A DNA stretch of 32,000 nucleotides from an uncultured Lentisphaeria bacterium (GCA_951812855.1 OX638337.1:1620001-1652000), one strand, 5' to 3'. Positions 8,665 through 17,863 are shown, counted from the first letter of the stretch. A program made the numbers and translations. The notes: a model not told the origin generated them from the sequence alone.

Positions 8665-9445
8665 AAAATCTCTGAAGGGTTTAAGATTCGGCATAGTCGT
8701 GTAGAAGTGGGAATGTGATTTTGGCCAAAACAATAATCACCTGCAACTTAACTTAAGGTTGTTTCAACACTGATATCAATCGATAAATATTTAATTATTA
8801 TTTAATCATTTGCTAATATCGAGTATATTTCAGCATTTTTCGATATATATCATTTTGTGTTATATTGGAACATTTTTTCAGCCCCTTAACGCAGTCTCAT
8901 TTAGTTTAAGAGAAAACCTCGTCCGGCATTCAACATTGGCCTCAGGATTCTTTATGTTTCACGGGGGATTGATATTTGTTGGAGTTTATCGGCTTTACGG
9001 TGGTAAAGCCGACCAGGGTTCACTGCTCTGGGTGTGCAATGAGGCGTATTATAAAAACATCGATCGACGACGGGTGAACTTCGACGACCATGATTGGAAA
9101 ATATTCCAGATATTTGGCTCGGGTAATTTGATTTTTGTTTTTATATTATTGAAAAACGTCAGGATTTTAAATTAACTGTATGGTCAATCCAATCATTACA
9201 TATTTAATTATTAAATCGGGAAATTTAATATTACTTGATTATTGATAACCAATACGATTGATGTAAGGTTAATTATTAGATTTCGCAGTCTTCTTATGGT
9301 CTGTTACACGATCAATGTCAGGACTAAAATGAAATTATGCTATATTTAGTGAATCGCAATGAAGTTTAGGCGTTGTTTATCAATGGTTGAGCAGTAAGCT
9401 ATGTTATTTCAACAGCCTGTCAAATTTTAACCCGGTGAATTTTTA

Positions 9446-11434
9446 ATGAAGTTACATTTAGGTATAATATTTTTCGTCTTTTTTATAATCCCATGTTATT
9501 CCTTGACCACTGTTACTGTGTCGCCGGAGACGTTTGACGCTGAGATTGATGAGAACGTTACCATTGAAGTTAGTGTCGAGAACGATCAAGAGTTGAGAGA
9601 GTTTATTTTCAGAGTGTCCTTTGACCCCGAATTCCTTGCACCTGTCAGTGAATTGACGCAATCCGGATTTGAAATTATTCCGAAGCCCGAGGATAGAATT
9701 GTTTCATTACAAAAGTTCACGGAATATAAAAATTCATTAAGATTTAGGTTTCTTGCAGATTTGTCCGCATTAAGTTCTGTCGCTGTAGGTAGTGGTTCAG
9801 GAAAACTATTCAGCTTCAAATTAAAGGCGTTGAAATACGGTACAACGAATCTGACCTATTCCAGACCCCGTGTAACACTTGTTAAGCTCGTTGATGGAAA
9901 CTCTGTAGAGGACGAGGTGATCTATGATAAAGGGGGAAAGGTGAATATTAAACCTAATAACCCAGGGATTAATAATGTTGAAGTGAACGAGGGAGATACA
10001 GGGGAAGTATCCCTCGGATTTACAGTTTATTTAGGGGAACCAGGGGATAATGTTGTAACTGTCTTTGCAAATACTGTAGACGAGACGGCAAGACAGGAAG
10101 ATAATGATTATGAACCGTTGGTCGATTATCAGCTTGTTTTCAATCCTGGAGAAACGTTAAAGAATTTCAATGTAAAAATCAATGGAGACACTAAGCTGGA
10201 ATCTGATGAAACATTTGAGGTTAAATTATCAAGTTCTGATGTCACGTTTGTTAATGATACCGGAACGGGAACGGGTACTATTAAAAATGATGACTCAACT
10301 TTAATATCTATAGATGATGTAAGAAAAATAGAAGGTGATATTGCCGAAACAACATCGTTTGATTTCACCGTATCACTAAGTCATGCCAGTGAGATACCAA
10401 TAACCGTTCAATATAGTACGGCAGATGGGAGTTCAACTGGTCTACCGGAACCTGCGACACTAAGCGATAATGATTATCAGAGGAAATCAAATGAAACCCT
10501 GACCTTTAATCCAGGGGATTTGTCTAAAATTTTGTCAATTCTGGTAAATACAGACACTAAGGTTGAAGGTGATGAACGCTTTTTTGTTGATTTGTCTAAT
10601 CCTCGCCTTGAAGGTGTCTCCAAGCCTTCTGTATTGAGTATTTTCGATGCTCAGGGAGTCGGGATTATAAGGGACGATGACAAATTAAAACCGGTAATAA
10701 CATCTATTACAAGGGCCGGCATTGAATCTCAAGGGAGCAATTATTTTGTCAAATTTTTGGTGAAATTTAATAAAGATGTAGAAAATGTCAGCTCTGATGA
10801 TTTTGAATTGACTAAGAATCCTGCTGCCCTGACTCCCTCAATTAGCCAGACCAATAATTCAGCACCAGCAGTACATGACAGTTATTTAATTTCAGTAAAT
10901 ACTGGACCGGGAGAAGGGACTATCGGTATTACCATTAAGTCATCGAATGATATTCAGGACGTTAATAACCGTCTTCTCACGGTACCGGGTAGTTTTGTAA
11001 ACGAATCATTTGTGATCTGGGAGAAGAGCCTATCGGTTACTAAAGGATGGAATCTGTTTTCATTACCCGGCCCTGTATTCAATAAAGAATTTTCAAATCT
11101 TTTTCCTGATGCATTGCCAAGTATCTGGACGTGGAATTCCTCTACATTTATTAAGGTAACAAATGCAGTTGATTTGGAAAAAAAGGGGTTCTGGATTTAT
11201 TTCCCGAATAAAGCAACGATTTCGATTCGCGGAGTTAATGCAAATTCATCATCAACCAGTTTGGTAAAGGGATGGAATCTTGTTGGTGTTACGAGTGAAT
11301 TAAGTGATTTTTCGGGTTTACCTGTAAGGATGCCTATGTGGTTTTGGCAGGGAAATCACTATGCAAGCATTCAACGTCTTTCGCCATTTATTGGATATTG
11401 GATTTATTCACGAGATTCAAGAGAACTAAAGTAA
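9446..11434 (+). CDS. Secreted protein: signal peptide, cohesin-like module, two Calx-beta-like domains, duplicated C-terminal GWNL/W-x-W module
   Basis: 662-aa ORF with signal-like 'LGIIFFVFFIIPCYS'. Cohesin-like 'ENVTIEVSVENDQELREFIFRVSFDPEFLAPV...KLFSFKLKALKYGTTNLTY'. Calx-beta-like 'NDYEPL...FNPGETLKNFNVKINGDTKLESDETFEVKLS' and 'NDYQRKSNETLTFNPGDLSKILSILVNTDTKVEGDERFFVDLS'. Confidence 0.8.
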   Translation: MKLHLGIIFFVFFIIPCYSLTTVTVSPETFDAEIDENVTIEVSVENDQELREFIFRVSFDPEFLAPVSELTQSGFEIIPKPEDRIVSLQKFTEYKNSLRFRFLADLSALSSVAVGSGSGKLFSFKLKALKYGTTNLTYSRPRVTLVKLVDGNSVEDEVIYDKGGKVNIKPNNPGINNVEVNEGDTGEVSLGFTVYLGEPGDNVVTVFANTVDETARQEDNDYEPLVDYQLVFNPGETLKNFNVKINGDTKLESDETFEVKLSSSDVTFVNDTGTGTGTIKNDDSTLISIDDVRKIEGDIAETTSFDFTVSLSHASEIPITVQYSTADGSSTGLPEPATLSDNDYQRKSNETLTFNPGDLSKILSILVNTDTKVEGDERFFVDLSNPRLEGVSKPSVLSIFDAQGVGIIRDDDKLKPVITSITRAGIESQGSNYFVKFLVKFNKDVENVSSDDFELTKNPAALTPSISQTNNSAPAVHDSYLISVNTGPGEGTIGITIKSSNDIQDVNNRLLTVPGSFVNESFVIWEKSLSVTKGWNLFSLPGPVFNKEFSNLFPDALPSIWTWNSSTFIKVTNAVDLEKKGFWIYFPNKATISIRGVNANSSSTSLVKGWNLVGVTSELSDFSGLPVRMPMWFWQGNHYASIQRLSPFIGYWIYSRDSRELK

Positions 11435-11520
11435 CAGGAATGTCGTATTGTTATAAAAAATCTGACATCTGCTATTTCTCGTCTATTTAATACGGATATC
11501 TAAAAAACGTTTTAGTCTAA

Positions 11521-12819
11521 TTTGACTCTGTATGGAATTTTCCAGGCGACGTGGTTGATACAAAAGGCGGGTTTAATGGAACCGCGATTAATGGTGCTAA
11601 TACAGTTTCTGCTGCCGATAATTCGGTACTTGGTCGTACAGGACTATTTGATAGTGTCGATGATGTAATTACAATTAATAGCGGGATTAATAATGTTGTA
11701 TCGGCAAATGGCAGTCTTATCATCCGAATGGCACTGAGTTAAGGGCTGAAAAACATGTTTTCGGCTGCGTAAAATTTACTGACATATGATCCTTATATCT
11801 GTCCCCGATTTGTTCATTAACCGGTATTTTTGGTCTTCTTTTTTTGGCTCGAGGTTCGTTTCTGCCAGGACGATCCGGGTTAAGTGGAAATCAACATCAT
11901 CAGTACTGAGATTAAGCATTGATACAACATTATAATATGAATAAAATGCCCAATTGCCGGGAATCACATCAAATGGATTATTAAATTCCATAATTAACGC
12001 CGGAGCCGGTTTTCATGACTATGCCGGTTTTCCTCTGTCCAGTCTGATAATGTGCCTGTTGCCAGGTTAAAAAATCCAGCCCTATGGTGCTGTAGAAAAC
12101 ATCTCTTTTTCATTGCAGCAGTTTGAGACCGACATTTCTGATTAACCCGGGTATCCGGCATTGAAAGTCCAGTTCCATCAACAGCCTTTACATTTCGGCG
12201 ATACCACAAATCAGTTGTATATGGCTTTTTCTCCAACGGTTCAACAATTTGTTCAGACAATGCATATAAAAATTCAAACCGCAAGCGTCGACGTGCCTGA
12301 ACAATAAGTGCCTGTATTTGAACTGGGAATCCGATGTTTCCGGTCATATAACCAGCTCTGTACTTGTTTGACGGCTTCAGTACATGCTGAAGCCTGCAAG
12401 AGGCTGGAAGGAAAAAGTGTAAAACACAGTATGGAGGCTGAAGGCACGACCCCGACTGTTTTGACGCTCTGTAATCTGGTGTAATAATCCAGGGGGACAA
12501 AAATCGTTCAGATTCCGAGAGTTGATGACTTTTCAGCGACTCATAAATTGAGGCAGTTCGTTGCTTATTCCTATGGCGTGGACGTCTGAATTGAACTGGA
12601 AAATCTGGAAGATATGATGTAGTGTCAATCTATGCCTGTGAATCCTTTTTGCAGTTTATGATTTGTGCTTAAAACTACTTTGATTCACAGGTTGCTTTTT
12701 ACAACTTTTCAGCTCTCAACTCAGTGCCATTCGGGGCAGGCGGTTTATGTGACAGCGATAGGTTTGACGGGATGATCGAGAAATCAGTCACGTTTGTGAC
12801 TGCTGGAATAAAGGCATAA
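11521..12819 (+). pseudogene. LamG-domain gene remnant with no start codon and its core missing, interrupted by an IS remnant
   Basis: The frame opens at 11521 directly after a TAA, with no ATG. 'WNFPGDVVDTKGGFNGTAINGANTVSAADNSVLGRTGLFDSVDD' parallels the LamG N-terminus of the giant protein ('EVKDSTGLGADGTAKNGAKTVAVEDNEALTRAGSFDISD'). After the IS, 'DRFDGMIEKSVTF...*' (stop 12817-12819) parallels 'NFDGLIGGVNVF'. The central LamG strands are absent. Confidence 0.6.
11724..12734 (-). mobile_element. Decayed IS4-family-like insertion sequence (1011 bp): terminal inverted repeats intact, transposase frameshifted and truncated
   Basis: The 29-bp terminal inverted repeats at 11724-11752 (ccgaatggcactgagttaagggctgaaaa) and 12706-12734 match at 27 of 29 positions, and the outer 17 bp are perfect. 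Minus-strand ORF fragments (12500-11994 and 11991-11776) contain 'VKAVDGTGLSMPDTRVNQ' and 'FFNLATGTLSDW', which I recall as typical of IS4-type DDE transposases. The reading frame is broken and too short for an intact transposase. Confidence 0.6.
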
Positions 12820-12876
12820 TTCAGTTTTCTAAATCCTGAGAATATTGAAAAACTAAAAATGAAAATTGACTAAAAT

Positions 12877-14325
12877 ATGTTGAAAGTCATCTCTAATATT
12901 ATAGTCCTGTCACTGAGTATAACTCTGTTTTCAGGGTGTAGAACGAAAAGTACACTGAAGGATGTACAAACAGAAACAGGGATATCATTTCCAGATAAAT
13001 GGATATCATTAGCTCACGATCAAGTTGAGGCACATCCTATTGGGTGGCTTAGTGATATTAATGATTCGTATTTAACCGCACTGGTAACAGAAGCAATTGA
13101 AAAGAACCGGGATATAAAAGCAGCGGCATCACGAGTCAATTCAGCGATAGCTCAGGCAAAAATTGAAGGTGCGTCTCTTAAACCGAATTTAAGTCTTGAG
13201 TCAGGTGCATCCAAAACGAAACGTACATCTTCCAGCGGATTTGCACTGTCAAACGTCCGATCAAATAACTATAATTTCGGCTTATTTACTAATTGGGAAA
13301 TTGATTTATGGGGTCGGCTGCGTAATCAGGTTGATGCATCATATAATGATCTCAATGCGGCAACAATGGACAAGAAATCAGTGTCTCTGTCTGTCGCGGG
13401 TAATGTTGCTAAATCCTGGTACGGACTCATCGAATCAAAATTACAGGTTAATCTTTCCCGAAAAACTGTAAAGAGTTTTGAAAATTCGCTGATTAGCATT
13501 GAACAGGGATTTCGAACCGGAATCAACAGTGCCCTTGATGTACGTTTAGCCCGGGCAAATATCTTTGTGGCCAAGAATCGATTATATGAAGCACTGAGAG
13601 CTTTTCAAAACCAAAAACGGACGTTGGAAATTTTATTGGGCAGATACCCAAGAGGTGAACTTGAAACGCGCAACTCCTTCCCGGAATTGAAACGACGCAT
13701 CCCGGTCGGACTGCCAATGGATCTCTTAATGCGGCGACCAGACCTCATTGCAGGTCACCAGCGTTTAGCGGCAAATGATTATCGGTGGCAGGATAAAAAA
13801 CGCAACTGGCTGCCGTCTCTTGCACTAACAGGAAATGGCGGGACATCAAGCAGTAAGTTCAAAAATCTGATGAATTCAAATTTTGGAGTCTGGAACATCG
13901 CAGCTGTTATCATGCAACCCTTATATAACAGTGGTCGCCTTTCAGCAGAACGTGCCATGGCATTGGCAAACAAAGATAAATCCCTGGCTGATTTTTCTCA
14001 GCTGATTCTTCGTGCTCTTAAAGAAGTTGAAATTGGGATCACGAACGAAGATTTGTTATTCAATCAGGAAATCGCATTGAAATCAGCTAAAGATGAATCC
14101 GTCATTGCTGAGACAATAGCCCGGGAACGATATCAAAAGGGACTTGAGAATATAACCACACTTCTTGAAGCCCGGCGACGTTCATTCGAAGCCCGGAACA
14201 ATTTTTTAACTGTAAAGAGCAGGCGAATTCAAAATCGTATTGATCTTTATTTAGCACTGGGGGGAGATTTTGGAATAGAGGGAAAGCAGGATAGAAACAA
14301 AAAATCACCCACAGAAATTAAATAG
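12877..14325 (+). CDS. Efflux outer-membrane factor lipoprotein (NodT/OprM family)
   Basis: 482 aa with lipobox 'LFSGC' at residues 17-21. Two TolC-like repeat halves with 'WEIDLWGRLRN' and 'RRPDLIAGHQRLAA...LPSLALTGNGG', which are classic OMF motifs. Confidence 0.88.
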   Translation: MLKVISNIIVLSLSITLFSGCRTKSTLKDVQTETGISFPDKWISLAHDQVEAHPIGWLSDINDSYLTALVTEAIEKNRDIKAAASRVNSAIAQAKIEGASLKPNLSLESGASKTKRTSSSGFALSNVRSNNYNFGLFTNWEIDLWGRLRNQVDASYNDLNAATMDKKSVSLSVAGNVAKSWYGLIESKLQVNLSRKTVKSFENSLISIEQGFRTGINSALDVRLARANIFVAKNRLYEALRAFQNQKRTLEILLGRYPRGELETRNSFPELKRRIPVGLPMDLLMRRPDLIAGHQRLAANDYRWQDKKRNWLPSLALTGNGGTSSSKFKNLMNSNFGVWNIAAVIMQPLYNSGRLSAERAMALANKDKSLADFSQLILRALKEVEIGITNEDLLFNQEIALKSAKDESVIAETIARERYQKGLENITTLLEARRRSFEARNNFLTVKSRRIQNRIDLYLALGGDFGIEGKQDRNKKSPTEIK

Positions 14326-14441
14326 TTATAACATAATACACAGTAAACAGTTAAGTTTTTTAATGCGTTTAGTTAAGAAAAAACAGGCACGAGTATTCTG
14401 TAATAAGAAATCAAACTATATTCGAAAACTGGATAAAAAAT

Positions 14442-15806
14442 ATGAAAACGAAATTACGATTTTTCCTGCCACTGTTTATTGTGGCAATATGTGCTGGAAT
14501 CGCCTATCTGCTAATCAAAAATAAACCTGAGCAGGAGCGCCATAAATCCGATACAAAGACATTAGCAGTTGAAGCCATAAGAATTGAACGTCAGAATTAC
14601 CAAATTGTACTAAAATCTCGTGGCGTCGTAAAACCACGTACTGAAACAACACTTGTTTCCGAAATATCAGGTCGAATTATTAAAATATCTGATAATTTTA
14701 TGGAAGGTGAATTTTTCAATGAGGGAGAGGCTTTAGTTCAAATCGATGATCGCACATACAAGGCTGAAGTAAAAATTGCAAATTCAGAATTGATGTCTTC
14801 ACGTTCAGCATTTGAACAGGAAAGAGTCAATGTTACGAATTTTGAGACTCAAATTATTTCAGCAGAATCAACACTGGAACGGGCTATATTAGCGTATAAA
14901 GAAGAAGTTGCCAGGGGGAAACAGGCACTTAACGATTGGGAACGGCTACATCCTGATAGACGCCCCGACGAGCTGGTATTGCGCAGGCCACAATTAGCAA
15001 CTGCCAAAGCCGCAGTTGCTGCAGCAGAAGCGTTATTGGAACAGAGCCAACGCAATGCGGAATTAGGTCCCTATCAAGTTGCTGCTGCTAAAGCAAAGGT
15101 CGAAGCAGCCGAAGCAAGCCTGGAAAAAAGGAAATTAGATTTAGAACGTACCAAAATTATTGCTCCATTTACAGGCATCGTTCTCACTAAAAATGTAGAC
15201 ACAGGTCAATACATAAGCCAAAATACTCCTCTCGCAAACATTTATGCAGTCGACTATGTTGAAATTAGGTTGCCGCTATCGAACCAACAACTTGGATATA
15301 TTAATCTGCCCGAACACCATCGGAATACCGGAAATACCCCTGTATCATCATTTCCGTCGGTAATTTTAACCTCCTCTCTCGGTCTAAACGTGTATAAATG
15401 GAATGGAAAGTTGATTCGATCAGAAGGCACATTTGATCCTGCGAGCAGGCAACTTTTTGTAATCGCCAAGGTTGATAATCCCTATGACCGCAGCAAATAT
15501 GATCGACCGCCATTAAAAATTGGTCAATTTGTGGAAGCAGAAATTGATGGGATCATTGCCCGGGATGTCATAGTTGTTCCAGGAACATCCGTACGTACTG
15601 GAAATGAAGTACTGGTCATTATAGAAAACAACAAACTTCAGCGGCGTACCGTCAAATCATTTTGGTCAGATGAAGAAAATGTGATCATTTCCGAAGGGAT
15701 CTCCGAAGGTGAAATTTTGTGTATTACACCGCTGAATTTTGCTATTGATGGAATAACGGTGTCAGCAACTATAAAGGGGAACAGCATGAAAAACGGAGGA
15801 CAGTAA
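14442..15806 (+). CDS. Efflux periplasmic adaptor (membrane fusion protein, HlyD/RND-MFP family)
   Basis: 454 aa with N-terminal TM 'FFLPLFIVAICAGIAYLLI'. Lipoyl/hairpin pattern 'VSEISGRIIKI...GEALVQIDDRTYKAEV', a long Ala/Glu-rich coiled hairpin, then 'TKIIAPFTGIV' and a C-terminal beta-barrel-like segment. Confidence 0.88.
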   Translation: MKTKLRFFLPLFIVAICAGIAYLLIKNKPEQERHKSDTKTLAVEAIRIERQNYQIVLKSRGVVKPRTETTLVSEISGRIIKISDNFMEGEFFNEGEALVQIDDRTYKAEVKIANSELMSSRSAFEQERVNVTNFETQIISAESTLERAILAYKEEVARGKQALNDWERLHPDRRPDELVLRRPQLATAKAAVAAAEALLEQSQRNAELGPYQVAAAKAKVEAAEASLEKRKLDLERTKIIAPFTGIVLTKNVDTGQYISQNTPLANIYAVDYVEIRLPLSNQQLGYINLPEHHRNTGNTPVSSFPSVILTSSLGLNVYKWNGKLIRSEGTFDPASRQLFVIAKVDNPYDRSKYDRPPLKIGQFVEAEIDGIIARDVIVVPGTSVRTGNEVLVIIENNKLQRRTVKSFWSDEENVIISEGISEGEILCITPLNFAIDGITVSATIKGNSMKNGGQ

Positions 15807-16097
15807 TTCACAAGACCATCATAAATTCTAAAGCTATCTGTATAGACAGTGGATTGGGTATCTATTTTTCTCCTGATAATCGGGAAGGAGTTTCTTCGCC
15901 GAGCAGTTTTTCACGACTTGTGTCTAAACTTTTCCAATTCGTTTAATCAAGCCATATACAGCGGTTTTAACACTTGCTCCACACTCTCATTGAGTAAAGA
16001 AGAAGTTCCATTTTCGTATTTTCAGCACTGATTTTGTACTGAATCAGCATTCGCTGGGAGCGATTGGAGTTTTGATACCTGATCGGGTAAGGGAAAC

Positions 16098-16173
16098 TGG
16101 AGCCAAAGAGCGGATTTGAACCGCTGACCTATTCATTACGAGTGAATTGCTCTGCCAACTGAGCTACTTTGGC
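16098..16173 (-). tRNA. tRNA-Thr (anticodon CGU), 76 nt, CCA encoded
   Basis: The reverse complement folds by hand into a cloverleaf. Acceptor GCCAAAG/CTTTGGC; D arm GCTC-AGTTGGCA-GAGC; anticodon arm ATTCA-CTCGTAA-TGAAT. Variable loop AGGTC; T arm AGCGG-TTCAAAT-CCGCT; discriminator T; CCA. Confidence 0.93.
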
Positions 16174-16321
16174 TTCTGAATTGAAACGGTAAATAATCTA
16201 CTGAAAAAGAAATTAACTTACGCATCATAGTCTAAAGAGTGATACAAGACTTTTACAATGTCAATATATAGTAATACAAAAAGAATCGATTAATCATCTT
16301 ATCATCAAACAAGGAGATACA

Positions 16322-16927
16322 ATGAATACAGTTGACGCGATTAAGCAGCGACGAGCCGTAAAACATTATGACCCGAATCATATTATGACCGAAACTGAAA
16401 TTGAGGAGCTGTTATCATTGGCGATGTTATCACCGACTGCATTTAATATTCAAAATTGGCGTTTTGTCATACCAAAAGATAAATCCCTTCGCCAGGAAAT
16501 TCGTAAAGTATCCTGGGATCAGGCACAGGTCACAGATGCATCACTCTTCGTTATATTATGTGCAGATTTAAAATCATGGGAAAAAGAACCAACCCGTTAT
16601 TGGCATAATGCACCCGAACCGATTCAGGAATTTATGATCCCGGCTATTGACCAATATTACCGAAATAAAGATCAGGTGCAACGCGACGAAGCCATGCGAT
16701 CCTGCGGGATTGTTGCACAAACACTGATGCTGGCAGGAAAGGAAATGGGATATGATTCATGTCCTATGGACGGTTTTGATTTCGACGCTGTCGCCAAATT
16801 AATCAATTTACCGAAGGATCATGTTATTACAATGTTTGTTGCGATTGGAAAAGGCACGAAAAAGGCACGGCCTAAACCGGGCCGGTTGTCGCTTAATGAC
16901 GTGGTCATTACAGATCGGTTTGTCTAA
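16322..16927 (+). CDS. NAD(P)H nitroreductase family protein
   Basis: 201 aa with SD 'aaggaga' 7 nt upstream of the ATG. Motifs 'RRAVKHYD' and 'SPTAFNIQNWRFVI' are typical of the nitroreductase fold. Confidence 0.85.
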   Translation: MNTVDAIKQRRAVKHYDPNHIMTETEIEELLSLAMLSPTAFNIQNWRFVIPKDKSLRQEIRKVSWDQAQVTDASLFVILCADLKSWEKEPTRYWHNAPEPIQEFMIPAIDQYYRNKDQVQRDEAMRSCGIVAQTLMLAGKEMGYDSCPMDGFDFDAVAKLINLPKDHVITMFVAIGKGTKKARPKPGRLSLNDVVITDRFV

Positions 16928-17280
16928 ACAATCTTCGATAGGTTAGGGACGTTTTACAGCGGGTTCACTGACAGAGAATTATCTGAACTAAAATTAAATA
17001 CTGTTTATTTTTACCCGAGCTGTGTACTAACTCATTGATTCTTGTCAGTACAAATATAATAAAAATACTTGGTCATCAACGAAAACGACTGAATAGGAAT
17101 GATGGTTTTTAGCAGTATACGTCTTTGTTTGATACACCCCAAAATTAATGGCATTAAATCGAATTAATTTACGTCAATTTATATTTAATTTAAGGATATT
17201 ACGATTTATACTTAATATAGATGTTCTTTAAAAGAACCAGGGACAATACTTTTTTTTGACTATTTGAAAAATATAGGAAA

Positions 17281-17826
17281 GTGCTGAAAAAGTATCCAAT
17301 GACCACTCAATCGAATAATAGTAACAAAGAACGTTGGTATTGTGTGATGACCAAACCTCATGAAGAGAGACTTTCTCTCATGCACTTATCACGTCAGAAC
17401 TTTGATGTGTATTTACCTTATGTAAAATGTAAACGACTATATCGCAGAAAGTTGCAATGGGTGACTTCGCCGATGTTCCCACGATATCTCTTTGTAAATC
17501 TTCAGAATTTCGAATTTATGCCACAGATCAGATCAACACGGGGCGTCTCTTCATTAGTTTCATTTGGCAACAAACCTGCCCAAATCCCAACTGAAATTAT
17601 CACTGAGATTCGTTCACGCTGTAAACAAGATGTGTATACCGTGGATCAGCCTGATTTTGAGGAAGGTGACAGGGTTGAAATTATTACCGGCCCTTACCAG
17701 GGTATGAAAGGAATTTTTGACCGGAATTCATCAGCCGAAGAACGCGTTATTGTTTTATTAGAAATTATGTCGACTGTTGCTAATGTTGAAGTAGATCGAG
17801 AATTACTTGTCAAAGATAAAGATTAG
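17281..17826 (+). CDS. RfaH-like specialised NusG paralog (NGN + KOW transcription antiterminator)
   Basis: Matches my recollection of E. coli RfaH over the full length: 'WYCVMTKP...', 'SPMFPRYLFVNL', 'IRSTRGVSSLVSFGNKPAQIPTEII', and KOW-like 'GDRVEIITGPYQGMKGIF...ERVIVLLEIM'. Start is uncertain: GTG at 17281 or ATG at 17299. Confidence 0.85.
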   Translation: MLKKYPMTTQSNNSNKERWYCVMTKPHEERLSLMHLSRQNFDVYLPYVKCKRLYRRKLQWVTSPMFPRYLFVNLQNFEFMPQIRSTRGVSSLVSFGNKPAQIPTEIITEIRSRCKQDVYTVDQPDFEEGDRVEIITGPYQGMKGIFDRNSSAEERVIVLLEIMSTVANVEVDRELLVKDKD

Positions 17827-17832
17827 TGAATA

Positions 17833-17863
17833 TTATATCAAAAAAAGAATATTTTTGATATAA
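17833..17863. promoter_or_regulatory. Perfect 12-bp-arm palindrome (TTATATCAAAAA-N7-TTTTTGATATAA) between the RfaH-like gene and the coiled-coil gene
   Basis: Read directly: arms at 17833-17844 and 17852-17863 are exact reverse complements. It begins 7 nt after the stop codon. The stem is all A/T apart from one C-G pair and has no trailing U-tract, so it looks more like a candidate operator than a terminator. Confidence 0.3.

Noticed and set aside
8810-9175. 121-aa ORF (TTG start) in the second long spacer
   Set aside because: Non-canonical start, no RBS and no motifs. It overlaps the GC-richer core, which is reported instead as a possible RNA element or gene debris.
15849-16031. 60-aa ORF after the adaptor gene, considered as a remnant of the missing efflux pump
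   Set aside because: None of the six frames shows the conserved N-terminal features of RND, ABC or MFS pumps that I can recognise. The ORF has a GTG start and no RBS.
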